Shown here: positions 1 through 13,300 of the stretch, piece after piece
Layout of the letters: the number at the start of each line of letters is the position of its first letter
How positions within the stretch are numbered: position 1 is the first letter of the stretch
Assembly (NCBI RefSeq): GCF_006345805.1
Contig: NC_042999.1
Coordinates: 69,502,001 to 69,566,000 of the forward strand
DNA: 64,000 nt
Reading direction: 5' to 3'
From: Octopus sinensis
Taxonomy: Eukaryota
Notes under the pieces: generated by a model
What the model was told of the DNA's origin: nothing
What the model saw: only the letters and a program-made list of their open reading frames with translations
Databases searched by the model: none
Position numbers and translations under genes: made by a program

Positions 1-633
1 TTAACATTTCTTCAAAGGTCAAAATTATCTTTATCTTTTGTTTTTTACTTGTTTCATTCATTAGACTGTGGCCATACTGGAGCACTCCCTTGAAGGGTTT
101 AGTGAAACAAACCAATCCCAGGACTTAATTTTTAAAGTCTGCTACTCATGCTATCAGTCACTTTCACTGAACTGATAAGTTATAGGGACATAAACAAACC
201 AACACCTTTTGTCAAATGGTGGATGGAGGAAAACAAACACAGACACAAAGATGCACATATACATATGTACATGACTGGAAATGAGTGACACCATCTGTAT
301 GGTAGTGATGCTCGTTTACAACCATCAGAAGATGTCAAGAAAAGGACACGTGAACATGCACGCACTCACACACATGTGCGCATGCACCATCATGCACACA
401 CATTCATATGCACATGCACACATACACACATATACATACACATATATATTATGGGCTTCTACACAGTTTTCATCTACCAAGTCGACTCACAACACTTTGG
501 TCAGCCCGAAGCTACAGTAGAGGACACTTGCCCAAGGTGCCATGCAATAGGTTTGAACCCGAAACCATGTGGTTGGGAAGCAAACAGCTTAACCACATAA
601 CCATGTATAAAAGAATTAATACAAAGTCCTTAC

Positions 634-748
634 TTGTGACTTTCTTGAAGCATGTCTGCCAGAGTCTGTATCTGATAATACTGTTCCAATTTGGATTCTA
701 ACAATTCAACATCTTTCTTCAGCTGAAGATTTTGGTCTTTCAGTTCTT
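634..748 (-). CDS. CEP72: CEP72 exon (115 nt), C-terminal coiled coil
   Basis: ttttattcag|AAGAACTG...CACAA|gtaagg; ELKDQNLQLKKDVELLESKLEQYYQIQTLADMLQESH. Confidence 0.93.
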
Positions 749-3700
749 CTGAATAAAATGAACAAAAAAAAATGTAAAAATTATTTTTAAAAATGGAGAA
801 AAAAGTATAAACAAATATTATTATTGTTATCATTAGCAGCAGCAACAGTGGGAGCAGGAACAGAAGTGGGGACAGTAGCAGCATTTAACCCCGTTGTTCC
901 CATATTTCTGTTGAGATGTTCTGTGTTTCTTTCAATTAATTTTAAATATAACAAAGAATTTAGTAATCACTAGTGTTAGGAACATGAATTGTGACTAAGG
1001 TTTGGTAGAAGATTTTAATTCAAAACTTATGGAAACAAAACATTTGTATTACAGAGCCAGAAGCAGTTTCAGCTGGGTTGGTATCAAAAGAGTTAAGAAT
1101 TGTTTTCTACGTTGGCATGGATTGGACAGCTTGACAGAAACTACAGGACTGTACTGAGGTCCAATGTCAGCTATGGCGTGATTCTTCTATGTCTGGATGC
1201 CTTTCTTAACTCCAGCCACTTTACAGAGTGTTCTGCGTGCTTTTCTTCATGACACTGGCACTAATGAAGTGGCCTAGTAACTTGCAAGGCAAGAAAAGAA
1301 AAGGAAAAAGGCCCCTTGACTGAGTGGACGGTGTATTTGTGCCTCTAAGACAAAGAAGGGGAGTGAGGAATATCCCCCCACCTCCCTTTTAAAGATGGTA
1401 GACTGTAATTTTAGTGACTTGGTTGTAATTTCTAGCAGGCTAATCAACCACAAACAGGTTCTCTTACTGGCTTGAGGATACAGGTGTTGACTGACTTTGT
1501 GTCAAAGAACAGAATGCCATAAAGAATATTTAAAGTTCCAGCTCTGTGCCAATTCCACAGCATTAATATCAAATTGTGGATGTGACTGTGTGGTCTTGGG
1601 TTTGATCCCACTGCATGGCACTTTGGATATCTTCTACAATAGTCATGGATTGACCAAAGCCTTGTGTGTAGGTTTGATAGATGGAAACTGAAAGAAGCCT
1701 ATTATATATGTGTTTAGTCATCCATCCATTCATCCATCCATATATACATACATCAATCCATCAATACATACATACATACATGCATACATACATACATACA
1801 TAGTTTGTTTTTGTATTTGGTTTGCAAGATATTTGATGTAAATTCATGTGTTGAAGCAAGTCTTGGGTGGGTCATTATGTCAATAACAGTAAACACACAC
1901 ACACTGGTTCAATATCACTTCTTTAATGTTAGTCAATCGGTTAAACATCTAACTCGTTAACTAAGTAACTAATTGAGCATTTCTTTAATGTATTGGTTAA
2001 ACAATCAATTAGTTGTTTGTTCATCAAAGTCCTTCCATCATTATTCATGACCTTCTCAATGACTCACTTTCTCTCTACAAGGTCTGCTGTGAGTCTGTCC
2101 AAGAACTGGTCTCATGCCTGTACGTGTATATGGAGATGTGTTTACTTAGAAGATAAGCTAAGGGTGAGATCAAATGAAGAGTGTATGTGCATGCAGGTGT
2201 GTGTGAGTGTGCAAGTATGATTATGTGTGTATGTGGGTGTATGCACACATGTAGAAGCACACACAAACACACACACATGCTTACCTCCACTTGTAAACAA
2301 ACACACATCTATATACATACACACTCTCACGCCATAGTACCACAGAGTGGGACTGAACCCACCACCACCTCCAAACCATGTGGTTATGAAGCAAACATTT
2401 TTATTACTTGTGTGTGTGTGTGTGGTGTGTGTGTGTGTGTGTGTGTGCATGCGGGTGTGTGTGTGTCTCTCTCTCTGTGTCCCTTTGTCTCAGGATTGCA
2501 TGATGGTTGTAAATAAGCACCACCATCCATACAGGTGATGTTGTTGGCTTCAAGTCTTCTGTGAAAAACATGTCTGATCACAATGAAATATTCCTTTGTT
2601 TGGAAAGGGGTGAGAGTTGGTGACAGGAAAGGCACCCGGCTGCAGAAAATCTGCCTCAACAAATTCTGTCTGATCCATACAAGCATAGAAAAGTGGATAG
2701 TGAAATGATGATAATGATGGTGACTGTCAAAGCAGAAGTCATAAAGAAACTGTGATATTTAATGAACACAGTATGACGAAGATATACGAGGTTAAAAGAT
2801 ATAAATAAACTTCAACTTGTTAGAACAAGACAATTTACAAGACAAACATAGAAACGAAGAAACTTAACAAAGGCCATTATGGAATATGAGAATTTGAAGA
2901 GATTAAACACAATTGTTTTCTTTTTAAGAACTTAAATCTGAATTGAATGGTAAAACCGTGGCAAAAGTAATAAACACAGAGGTGTGATGGTGGTGGTGTT
3001 TGTGCTGATGGTGGTGTTTGTGGTGGTGGTGGTGTTTGTGGTGGTGGTGGTGGTGGTGTTTGTGACGGTGGTGGTGTTTGTGACAGTGGTGGTGTTTGTG
3101 GTGATGTTTGTGCTGGTAGTGGTGGTGTTTGTGACGGTGGTGGTGTTTGTGCTGGTGTTGGTGTTTGTTGTGATGCTTGTGGTGGTGGTGTTTGTGCTGG
3201 TGGTGATGTTTGTTGTGATGTTTGTGGTGGTGGTGGTGTTTGTGATGGTGGTGGTGCTTGTGCTGGTGGTGGTGTTTGTGCTGGTGGTGGTGCTTGTAGC
3301 AGTAGTAATACTGATGGTAATATTGAGAGTGGTGGTGGTGGTGGTTATAAAATAATACACAAACTGAATGGTGGAAATATAAGAAAAGCTATTTATACAA
3401 TAAACACAATAGGGACTGCCTGCTACAATAGAAGACATGTTTAATGACAAGGTAGCAAAGGGTCTGTTAGAAATAGCAGCAAAACCCCTTCAAACCCTGC
3501 CTTACCAAATTAGAGAAAGAAAATACATGAGAAAGTGTAGCCCTACATAAACTGTGTCTGAAGAGAAAAGACAGAGTGGCCATGGCTGGATTGTCTTTAA
3601 CTCTAAGTCTACGTGGTGAGGGTAGAGTTTTGTCTACACAGCAACATATGTTGATATCAGTGAAGATATTTTGACCTTTTAACTTTTACTTGTTTCAGTC

Positions 3701-4200
3701 ATTAGAGTGCAACCAGGCTGGGGCAGCACCTTGAAGAACTTTAGTTGAATGAAACTCAGGACTTACCATTTTTTAAAAGCCAGGTACTTATTCTATCGGT
3801 CACTTTTGTCAAACCACTAAGTTACAGGGACATAAACACACCAATGCCAGTTGTCATGAGGTGGTGGGAGACAAATACTGACACAAAGACACACACACAC
3901 ATCATCTAGTTTTTTAAATCTGGGATTTGTCCCCGTTAATGGGTGTGGCTAGATCTACCTCAATGCCATAGCAACTGAGGTAGGCAGGTGCAGCCCACCC
4001 CAACCTTTGGGCTGGCCGGTGCCCATTCTCCTTTTGGAACTGGATTTTCTATGGGGAGAATGCTTATTCCCAACCTCAGTTTCTAGACATGAGTGGTCCC
4101 GAGACCAAGGCCTCTACCATGATTTTTAAGAAATGTGGTAGAAAACTTGCTCAGGAAGGCAGGGACACTACTCCCTGAGACCCCTTTCGGAGTCCCCCTA

Positions 4201-4249
<49 letters not shown>

Positions 4250-7200
4250 GCAAAAGGCTTCTTTCAGTCTCCGTCAACCAAATTCACTAACAAGGCCTTG
4301 GTTGGCCCAAGGCTACATTTGGCCTGAGGCTCTTGCTCAATGTGCCCTGCTGTGGGACTGAACTCAGAACCATCCAGTTGGGAAGCAAGCTTCTTACCAT
4401 ACAGCCATGCCTCTGCCTTATGATTTTTTTACTTTTTTAAGCCTGGTACTTATTCTATCAGTTTCTTATGCTGAACTGCTAAGTTATCAAGTAGTTGTGG
4501 GTGGAGGACAAAACAGACCCAGGCATGACAATAGGTGCAAGTATGGCTGTGTGATAAGAAGTCTGCTTTCCAACTACATGGTTCCAGGTTCAGATCTACT
4601 GTGTGGAAGGAGACTGAGAGAAGCCTGTTGTGTATGTGTATAGTCATGGCCGATGCCAGTGCCATCTGGCTGGCACTCATTCTGGTGGCATGTAAAAAGC
4701 ACCATTCAAGCGTTGGGCCTCGTGGAGGCAGTGACAGGTGACCAAGACCCTTGGCAATATACTCTGCTTGTGTTGACCTGTCAAGCCAAGTGAGACCGTA
4801 GTCATGGCTGATGCTGGTGTCAGGTCAGTGGCACCCATGCCTGTGGCACGTAAAAAGCATCCACTACTCTCTCAGAGTGGTTGGCATTAGGAAGGGCATC
4901 AAGCCATAGAAACCTTGCTAAACCTTATCAGAACCTGGTGCAGCTTACCAGTTTTCAGTCAAACCATTCGACCCATGACAGCATGGAAAGCAGACGTTAA
5001 ATGATGATGATATTGATACACACACACACACACACAAGCATCAAGAACAGCAGATGGCTGTAGGAAACCTGCCTCTACAATTTCCACTTGACCCATGCAA
5101 GCATGGAAAAATAGATGTTAAATAATGGTGATGATCATGAACATATGCATGTTGTGTTATGTCAAATGAATGAGAAAGTAGTGCTCAATACATGTAGTAG
5201 AAGATATGGTTTCTTTTTACAGAAACTGAAGCTAATCATCATCATCATCATTTAAAGTCCATCTCCCACTGTTGGCATGGGTCGGATGTTTTGACAAGGA
5301 GCTGGTAAGTCAGAGGGCGACACCAGGCTCCGGTTGTCATGGTTTCTTCAGTTGAATGCCCTACCTAATGCTAATCCCTTTACAGATTGTTGTCATCATC
5401 ATCATCATCATTTAACATCCACCTTCCATGCTGGCATGGGTGGAATGGTTTGATAGGAGCCAGCCAGGCAGAAGCCTACACCATCCTTCTGTGACTGTTT
5501 CAGCAGGATTTTTACAGCTAGATACCTGTCCTAACACCAACCACTCAGCAGAGTGGACTGAGTGCTTTTTACATGGTGCCAGCACAGGATGTGGTATCAA
5601 AACACATGGTGTTTAAACATGGTATTGGTGCAGGCATGGCTTGCTTTGTAATCGCATGTCCACCAAACAGTGGTAGAAGTAAGAGAAGGAAGAGTGAGAT
5701 CATGAACGAGTAGTATGTTAGTTTATAAGATTAAAGACTAAAGAATAAACCACTGAACTGCATTGAGTTGTGTCAGCAGGAAATTCTTCAGTTCCTGACT
5801 TAGACTTCTTGATCAATAACCATTGTAGATCCTCTCTCAGTTTCTTGTTTTCTTCCAGACATTGCTCCAATTGAGTTTTCAGACAAACCTACACAACAAA
5901 AAGAAAATCAAAACTGACGTTAAACAGACATTTAACTCTAAAGGAATAATTAAAGAAAATTGAAAAAGAAATTGTACTAGAGTTTAGACAAGGGTCAGTA
6001 AAATGGCCAATATTGATCCCTCATCTAGCAATCCTAGGTGTTGTTAAACAACAGAAACAATTTTGAGCATTAACCCTTTCATTACTGTATTTATTTTGAG
6101 ATGCTCTGTGTTTCTTTCAATTAATTTTAAATATAACAAAGAATTTAGCAAAATCACTTGGTTATCATTAAGCTTATGTTAGGAACATAAATTGTAACTA
6201 AGGTTTGGTGGAAGATTTTTAATTCAAAATTTATGAAAACAAGACATTTGTACTACAGAGCCAGAGGCAGTTTCAGCTAGGTTGGTAATGAAAGAGTTAA
6301 AGTAATGATTTGTTAACCCTTTCATTACGGTATTTATTTTGAGATGCTTTGTGTTTCTTTCAATTGATTTTAAATATAATAAACAATTTAGTAAAATAAT
6401 TTGTTTTTCATTAAGCTAGTGTTAGGAACATAAATTGTGACTAAGGTTTGGTGGAAGATTTAAATTCAAGACTTATGAAAACAAGACATTTGTACTACAG
6501 AGTCAGAGGCTGTTTCAGCTGGGTTGGTATCGAAAGGGTTAAGGGTGCTGAATTATTGATGAACAGAATCTGGAAGAGTGTGGGTGATTCAAGGCTAAAA
6601 CTTACTAATTTCCAGGCAAATATCAATGTTATAATTAGTATTCACCAAACATACTTTGCATTAAATATTCCGATTATGTGGCTGAATTTTCATCATCATC
6701 GTCATCATTTAACATCCGTCACCATGTCACTCACAAACGCTGACCACATCTGATGGTCAGCTGCAGTCAAAGCTGTAAAGTAATGTTTTTGCTTATTGCC
6801 TGAAAGTCCAGCTTGCAAGTTTGGCAAATGCCCCACCAGGAGAGCAAGCATGATGTTTAACGGGAACCCCGTTGCTGTAGTCGTCCTTCACTGTTGTGGT
6901 GTAGAGTTCATGGATTAGTGTAATCCATAGCAGCTTATCTTGACGTCAACTGTTGACCATCACAGAGGATATGCTGACCAAATCACCACTGAGCATCCAG
7001 CATGGATTTGAAGTGAGTGCAGACTTGTAAGCAGAGGTCAGCATTACCAGGTGCCAGTGGATGCCACTGTGGGTAGGAGTAGCTGGGGTAGTGATGGGGG
7101 TAGCAGAGTAAACCCTCAAGGGACAAGAATGTAAGTATGAGAGAGAATATGGACAGTGGATCGGTGGTGGAGAGTAGCCAATGATGGGAGTCAGAGGTAA

Positions 7201-10200
7201 ATGTAGGGTGGAAGTGTAGCCTGATGGGACATGAAAGAAATAATTCTGATGACATTTCGTATTTCTAAAGAAATGATTTTACCACGTCAGGGTGTGTTGT
7301 TTGAATAGGTCTACTTTCTTGACTTCTTTCAGCAGTTCTTGCTTTGTCTGGTGCACTGGATTTACCAACAAGGTTTGATGAAAACTGAGGATGCATTACA
7401 GATTCTTTATCACACTGAGCCATGTGTTTCTCTATCAAATTCTTTGCTATGGCTGAAATAATCAGAAATAAACACATTAGTTTCAAGTACTAAATGATTA
7501 AATAAATGCGGCTAAAGGGAGATTTGCCTGCTATTTCAAGGGGTCTAATTAAGCATGGGGAGACAACACATGGCTGCTGTTCTGGGAAAGAAAGATTATG
7601 AATATTGGTTTGTGCAGGGAACGGAAAGGATTGGAGGGCACAAGGGCGATGAGAAGTGATGACATGAGTAGGCCAAGGTGCCGACTCATGTTTTTAAGGC
7701 CAGAAAATATTTCAGTCCCCAATAGTTAATGATACTCAATAAGGCTCAAGTGAAACCCACAATGGAGTGCTACTCCTACATCAATGCTGGTGCTACATGT
7801 ACCAACATCTCAGACTGTATACAGCGAAGGACCATTTAACTTCTAATGGACACACTCCAGCCTCTAGCCCACAAGTATAGTGTCTCCTCTGTCTTTTCTA
7901 TCATTACTATACTAGCTTCTGCTCCTTGGAGTCAGCTTATCTCATACCTCAGTCAATCAGGCATCCTTTCATCATCCTTGGACTGTCCAATCTCTTCTGT
8001 TCTCTGCATTAACCACTATTCGTAATCTTTCTTTTCCAGAACATCAGCTATCTGCGGTCACTACATGGCTCATTGGGTTTCTAGAAATAGCAGGCAAATC
8101 TCCCTTCAGTCACTTACTACTTTATTAAATAAAGAAGCAACCCATTGGCCAATGCAGTCCATGATATATTCCAGTCAATACAAGATGGCCATAGCTGGAA
8201 TGACTTTGATTACAGATCTGTCCAATCAAAATTGACCCAGGTCTTAACAACAATAACAATATCAATAACATCTCAAAAGTGCTCTAAAATCATAAAAAGC
8301 TGAAGAGAGGTGTAGGCATGGCTGAGTGGTGAGACGTTTACTTCCCAACCACATGGTTCCAGGTTCAGTCCCACTCTGTGGTACCTTAAGTAAGTGTCCT
8401 CTACTATAGCCTTGTGAATGGATTTTGGTAGACAGAAACTGGCTTAGTGATTAGAGCATTCTGCTCATGAGCATAAAGGTCATGAGTTCAATTCCTGGCA
8501 ACACATTGTGTCCTTGAGCAAGACACTTATTTTACGTTACTCCAGTCCACTCAGCTGGCAAAAACGGGTAGTACCTATATTTCAAAGGGCCAGCTTTGTC
8601 ACATTCTGTGTCACACTGACTCTCTCTGAGAACTACATTAAGGGTACATGTATCTGTGGAGTGCTCAGCCACTTGCACATTAATTTCATGAGCAAGCTGT
8701 TCCATTGATCGGATCAGCTGGGGCCTTCGTCATCATAACCGGTGAATAAACTATCGTCTAAATTATGCAAAAATAAAAATAACACAGACATCACATTTTA
8801 ACAGATATATTTACTAAAGTTACATAAAAATATCTTGAAATACTAAAGAGTAAATTTATTCAATAAATTGCCATTGGCTTCAATCACAACTTCCAGACGA
8901 CTTCAGAATCTTCTGCAACTCTTCTGGACAGTCTCCTTGTTTAAGTTGGTGAATGCTACCATAATCCTTGCCTGCAGTTCGTCTTTGATGTTACAAGGAA
9001 TTTTGTTGGTCTCTCACTCAACTATGCCCCACACATAGTAATCAAGGGGGTTGCAGTCTGGGGAGTTAGGTGGCCAGATATTAGGGGTGATGTGATCACA
9101 GAAATTGTCCGACAACCATGACTGTGTACTCCTGCTTGCGTGGCATGGTGGAGAATCCTGTTGCCAGACATAGGGTCTTCCAGTAACCACCCTCTTGACT
9201 TAGGGCAGCAGTACCTTCTCCAGGCACTTGATATAGGCCTCCATATTGAGTCTGAGGCTGTGTGGGAAGATGAATCAAGGTATAACATCGCCATCACTAG
9301 TGTTCACTCCAAACACCATGATGTTGAATGGATGTTAGAGTTTTATTGGTCTTGGTACATGTTTGGGGGACATGGCAAACACTCAGATTGACACCCAAAC
9401 ACTCTGAAATGTTTGTATTGGAGTTTTTGGCATGAATGCCAAGCAGTGCAGCATGTTATTTCCAAATTTCTGGCAGAGAGAATTGTGTCGTGGTGCTGCT
9501 TTTCTCACAAATGATGCCCAACTTACCCTACTATACTGTGTAGTCAACAAAATCAAAAACAAACATGTACATGCATGAAATTAAAAATATAAAATGGCAA
9601 CAATTTACCCATCGCACCCTGTATATATTGATGTGCATGTGTCTTTGTATCTGTGTTTATCTCCCCTCACTGCTTGACAACTGGTGTTGGTGTGTTTACA
9701 TCCCTTTTACTTAGCAATTCATTAAAACAAAACCAATAGAATAAGAACCAGGTTTAAAATAAAATCAAGTACTAGAGATCAGTCCATTAGACTAAAAGTT
9801 CAAGGCGGTGCCCCAGCACGGCCAAACCCTAATGAGTGCCACAAATAAAAAATAAAAGATTAACAATCAAGTTTATACATCAAAGAAATAAGGAAGAGAA
9901 ATTGTTTTTTCTCTTGAGAGGAGATAGAATAATAATTAGACTGTCTATTAATAAATATGTTGGGATTAAAAATATATTTATGACTTCTTTCCTGATGAAA
10001 TATTTCTGTCAGCTAATTCATATGACACACAAACACACAGAAGTTGTTTTGTAGGTATATCCTCACTGATTCATGTCATTGATATATTAACAAGTATAAC
10101 TGTTACATATTTATTTACTGTGTGGTGTCTATGAATGGAGGTGATGTGGACTCCTTGCAAAACCCTGCAGGCAAGGTAAACCTCACCACCTGTCTAGGAG

Positions 10201-10268
10201 GGGGGGTGTCAACACTGAATAAAAGCTGATGTAGGGTAGGGAAAACTCTTGAGTTCTACTTCAGACAG

Positions 10269-10320
<52 letters not shown>

Positions 10321-13300
10321 ATGCCTGTAACACGATAAAATGAATCACCCGGTCATGGCTGAAAAAATATGAGAAAAATATGAGACATGCAGTTTTCTCT
10401 ATACCAGCTTCGGCTAGTAGAGAGAAAACAGAGGAGGGGGAGGGTTGGCAGAGGAGGAATAGGATGGGGAAGAGGAGAAGGCAGAAGTAGAATAGGATGG
10501 AGGGGAGGGGGTTACCTTCACAGGTAACTCTATCAAATTTTAGGGAGTATATATTATTACAAAACTGATTACAATAAATCTGCCAAGTACAAAGATAAAT
10601 ATCAAAATGAACAATAATAATAATGATAATAACAACAACAACAGCAACAGCAATAAGGAGGAAATATCTACACTGGATAAAAGGACAAAAAAGTTGATGA
10701 CACTGCATGGGGCACCACATCCTAAAGCAAACGTAAACAGACTGTATACGAAAAGAAAGAATGGTGGCAGAAGACTAATTAGTATAGACCATTGTATAAA
10801 GAGTGAAAGGAGAACACTTGCCGAGTATCTGATAAATAGTGATGAAGCTCTGCTACAATATACTGTGAAAGATATGGGTGTAAATGCAGATGAAATGAAG
10901 GGCAAGGAAGAGTTTAACCAAAGAGCTGAGGAGAAGAGAAAAGAAGATCTTCTTGAAATGAAAATGCATGGACAGTTTGAAAGGAATACACAAGACGTTA
11001 AGGATAATACAGCATCATGGGCATGGCTTGAGTGAGGTGATTTGAAGCGTACCACCGAAAGCCTGATCATTGCTGCACAAGACCAGGCTATTGTTACCAA
11101 TTCAGTGAAGTATAACATCTATAAAACTTCTGACACCCAGAAATTCAGATTCTGTGGAAAGAGTGTGGAAAATACGACCCACTTGGTAAGCAGATGTGAG
11201 AGCCTTGCACAAAATGAATACAAGCGCTGCCACGATAAAGTGTGTGTGTATCTTCATTGGCTCTTATGCCGTAAATACCAATATGAAGTAACAGAGAACT
11301 GGTATGAGCATGTACCAAGTAAAGTTATGCAGGAGGATGGAAAAGTAACGATATTCTGGGATTATGATTTTCAGACGGATCATGTAAGCAAACACCGTTG
11401 GCCGGATCTTGTCATATTGAATAAGAGAGACAAATACTGTCAGATCATTGATGTAGCCATACCAAATGACATGAATGTTGTGAGTAAAGAGGTGAAAAAA
11501 ATCCCCAAGTACTCCGAATTGAAAGTGGAAATGGCAAGACTGTATGGAATGCGAGAGGGTAATGTAAAAGTGATAACAGTGGCAATCGGAGCGTTGGGCT
11601 CAATCCCATTGAAACTTCAAGACTTCTTAAGGCTACTGAAAATCCCATGCAAGATTGATGCCTTACAAAAAGCAGCCATATTGGACACAGTGCACGTCTT
11701 AAGGAAAGTATTATCTGTCTGAGGTCCTCGTTGTGACTTGACAGATGACTAAAGACTCTGGTGCATTTTTACCTACACTGTATTATGAAGGAATAATAAT
11801 AAAGAAAAATGAGCTCAAAATCAATTAAGCCAGACTGTAGCAAGGATATGCTTGAAGATCAGAGCAAAACCATACACATTTGAGAAATGGGTTGGCAGAA
11901 CACTCTCCCCCACCCTATTTTCTGCACATCAAAAAAATAGAGGGAATGTATTTACATTCTTCATCATCATCATTTAATGTCTGTTGTCCATGCTGGCATG
12001 GTTTGGATGGTTTGACAAGGATGGCATGCTGGAAGGCTGAACCAGACTCCAATCTGATTTGGCATGGTTTCCTACAGCTTGATGCCCTTCATATTGCCAA
12101 CCACTCTGAGAGCATAATGGGTGCTTTTACTTGCCACTGGCACAGGTGCCATTTGCATGACACCGGGGTGCAATTACATGCCACCGGCATGGATGCCAAT
12201 TTGCATGAAGCCGGTATCTGCCACAACTATGGTTTTGCTTGGCTTGATGGGTCTTCTCAAGCATGATATAATGGTCATGGTCATTGACTTCATGAGGCCC
12301 AACACTCGAGAGGAACTCAGCCACCTTGCCTTGTAGATTATAATTTCATTATCAGGAAAATGAATTAAGAATTAATCTCTGAAAGTTAATTTAGAGGGAA
12401 GGAAATCTGGTCCTTGTTCAATGACAAGGGACAACAACTATAGGCATGTTTCAATCTATTGGACCTCATCAGCACAGTATATAGCCTGTTACTTATGCCA
12501 GTGCTACGTAAAAAGCATTCATGTCAGAGCTGCGTAAAATTACCTGTGCTGGTAGCATGTAGAAAACACCCAGTATAATCTGTGCCAAACCAGACAAATG
12601 GAGGCTGGACAGCTGCTGTTAAACTGTCCGACCCATACCAGCGTGGAAGACAGACATTAAATGATGTTGATGATGATGATGAGAAAAGAAGATTTGGCCA
12701 GTATAATTTGCATAATCAAAAAAATTGGATAAGTTACGGGAAGTAACTCAACTGTCCACTGGTAAGATTAGTTGAGGGTATTTTGCCCTGTTTCAAGCTC
12801 ATGTCCTCTCGAATATATATCTGGTCTCATTTGATTGGTACCAATCCATATCACTTCACATAATCCTAGTACATTCCTTGAATTAAGTGAGATAAATTCA
12901 TCTTTGATGTTTTGTGTTTTGCCCTCTTGATGTCTTTTCTACTCTGGGCACAAGGCCCAAAAATTTTGGAGAGGTGGGCAGTCGATTACATTGACCCCAG
13001 TACACAACTGGTACTTAATTTATCGAGCCCCAAAAGGATGAAAGGCAAAGTCAACCTTGGCGGAATTTAAACTCAGAACGTAAAGACAGACAAAATATTG
13101 CTAAGTATTTTGCCTGGCATGCTAATGTTTCTGCCAGCTCGCTACCTTTAAAATACTCTTTTCTACTTTAGGCATAAGGCCTGAAATTTTGGAGGAGGGG
13201 TCCAGTCGGTTAAATTGACCCCAGTACACAACTGGTACTTAATTTATTGACCCCGAAAGGATGAAAGGCAAAGTTGACCTCAGTGGAATTTGAACTCTGA

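Noticed and set aside
2068-2117. 50-nt segment with a good GTGAGT donor
   Set aside because: No phase combination links it to both 5888-5759 and 748-634 without a stop.
2932-3450. 172-aa Thr-rich mucin-like ORF and the opposite Val-rich ORF
   Set aside because: Translation of a (GTG/GTT)n repeat; no splice sites that fit the CEP72 chain and no non-repetitive domain.
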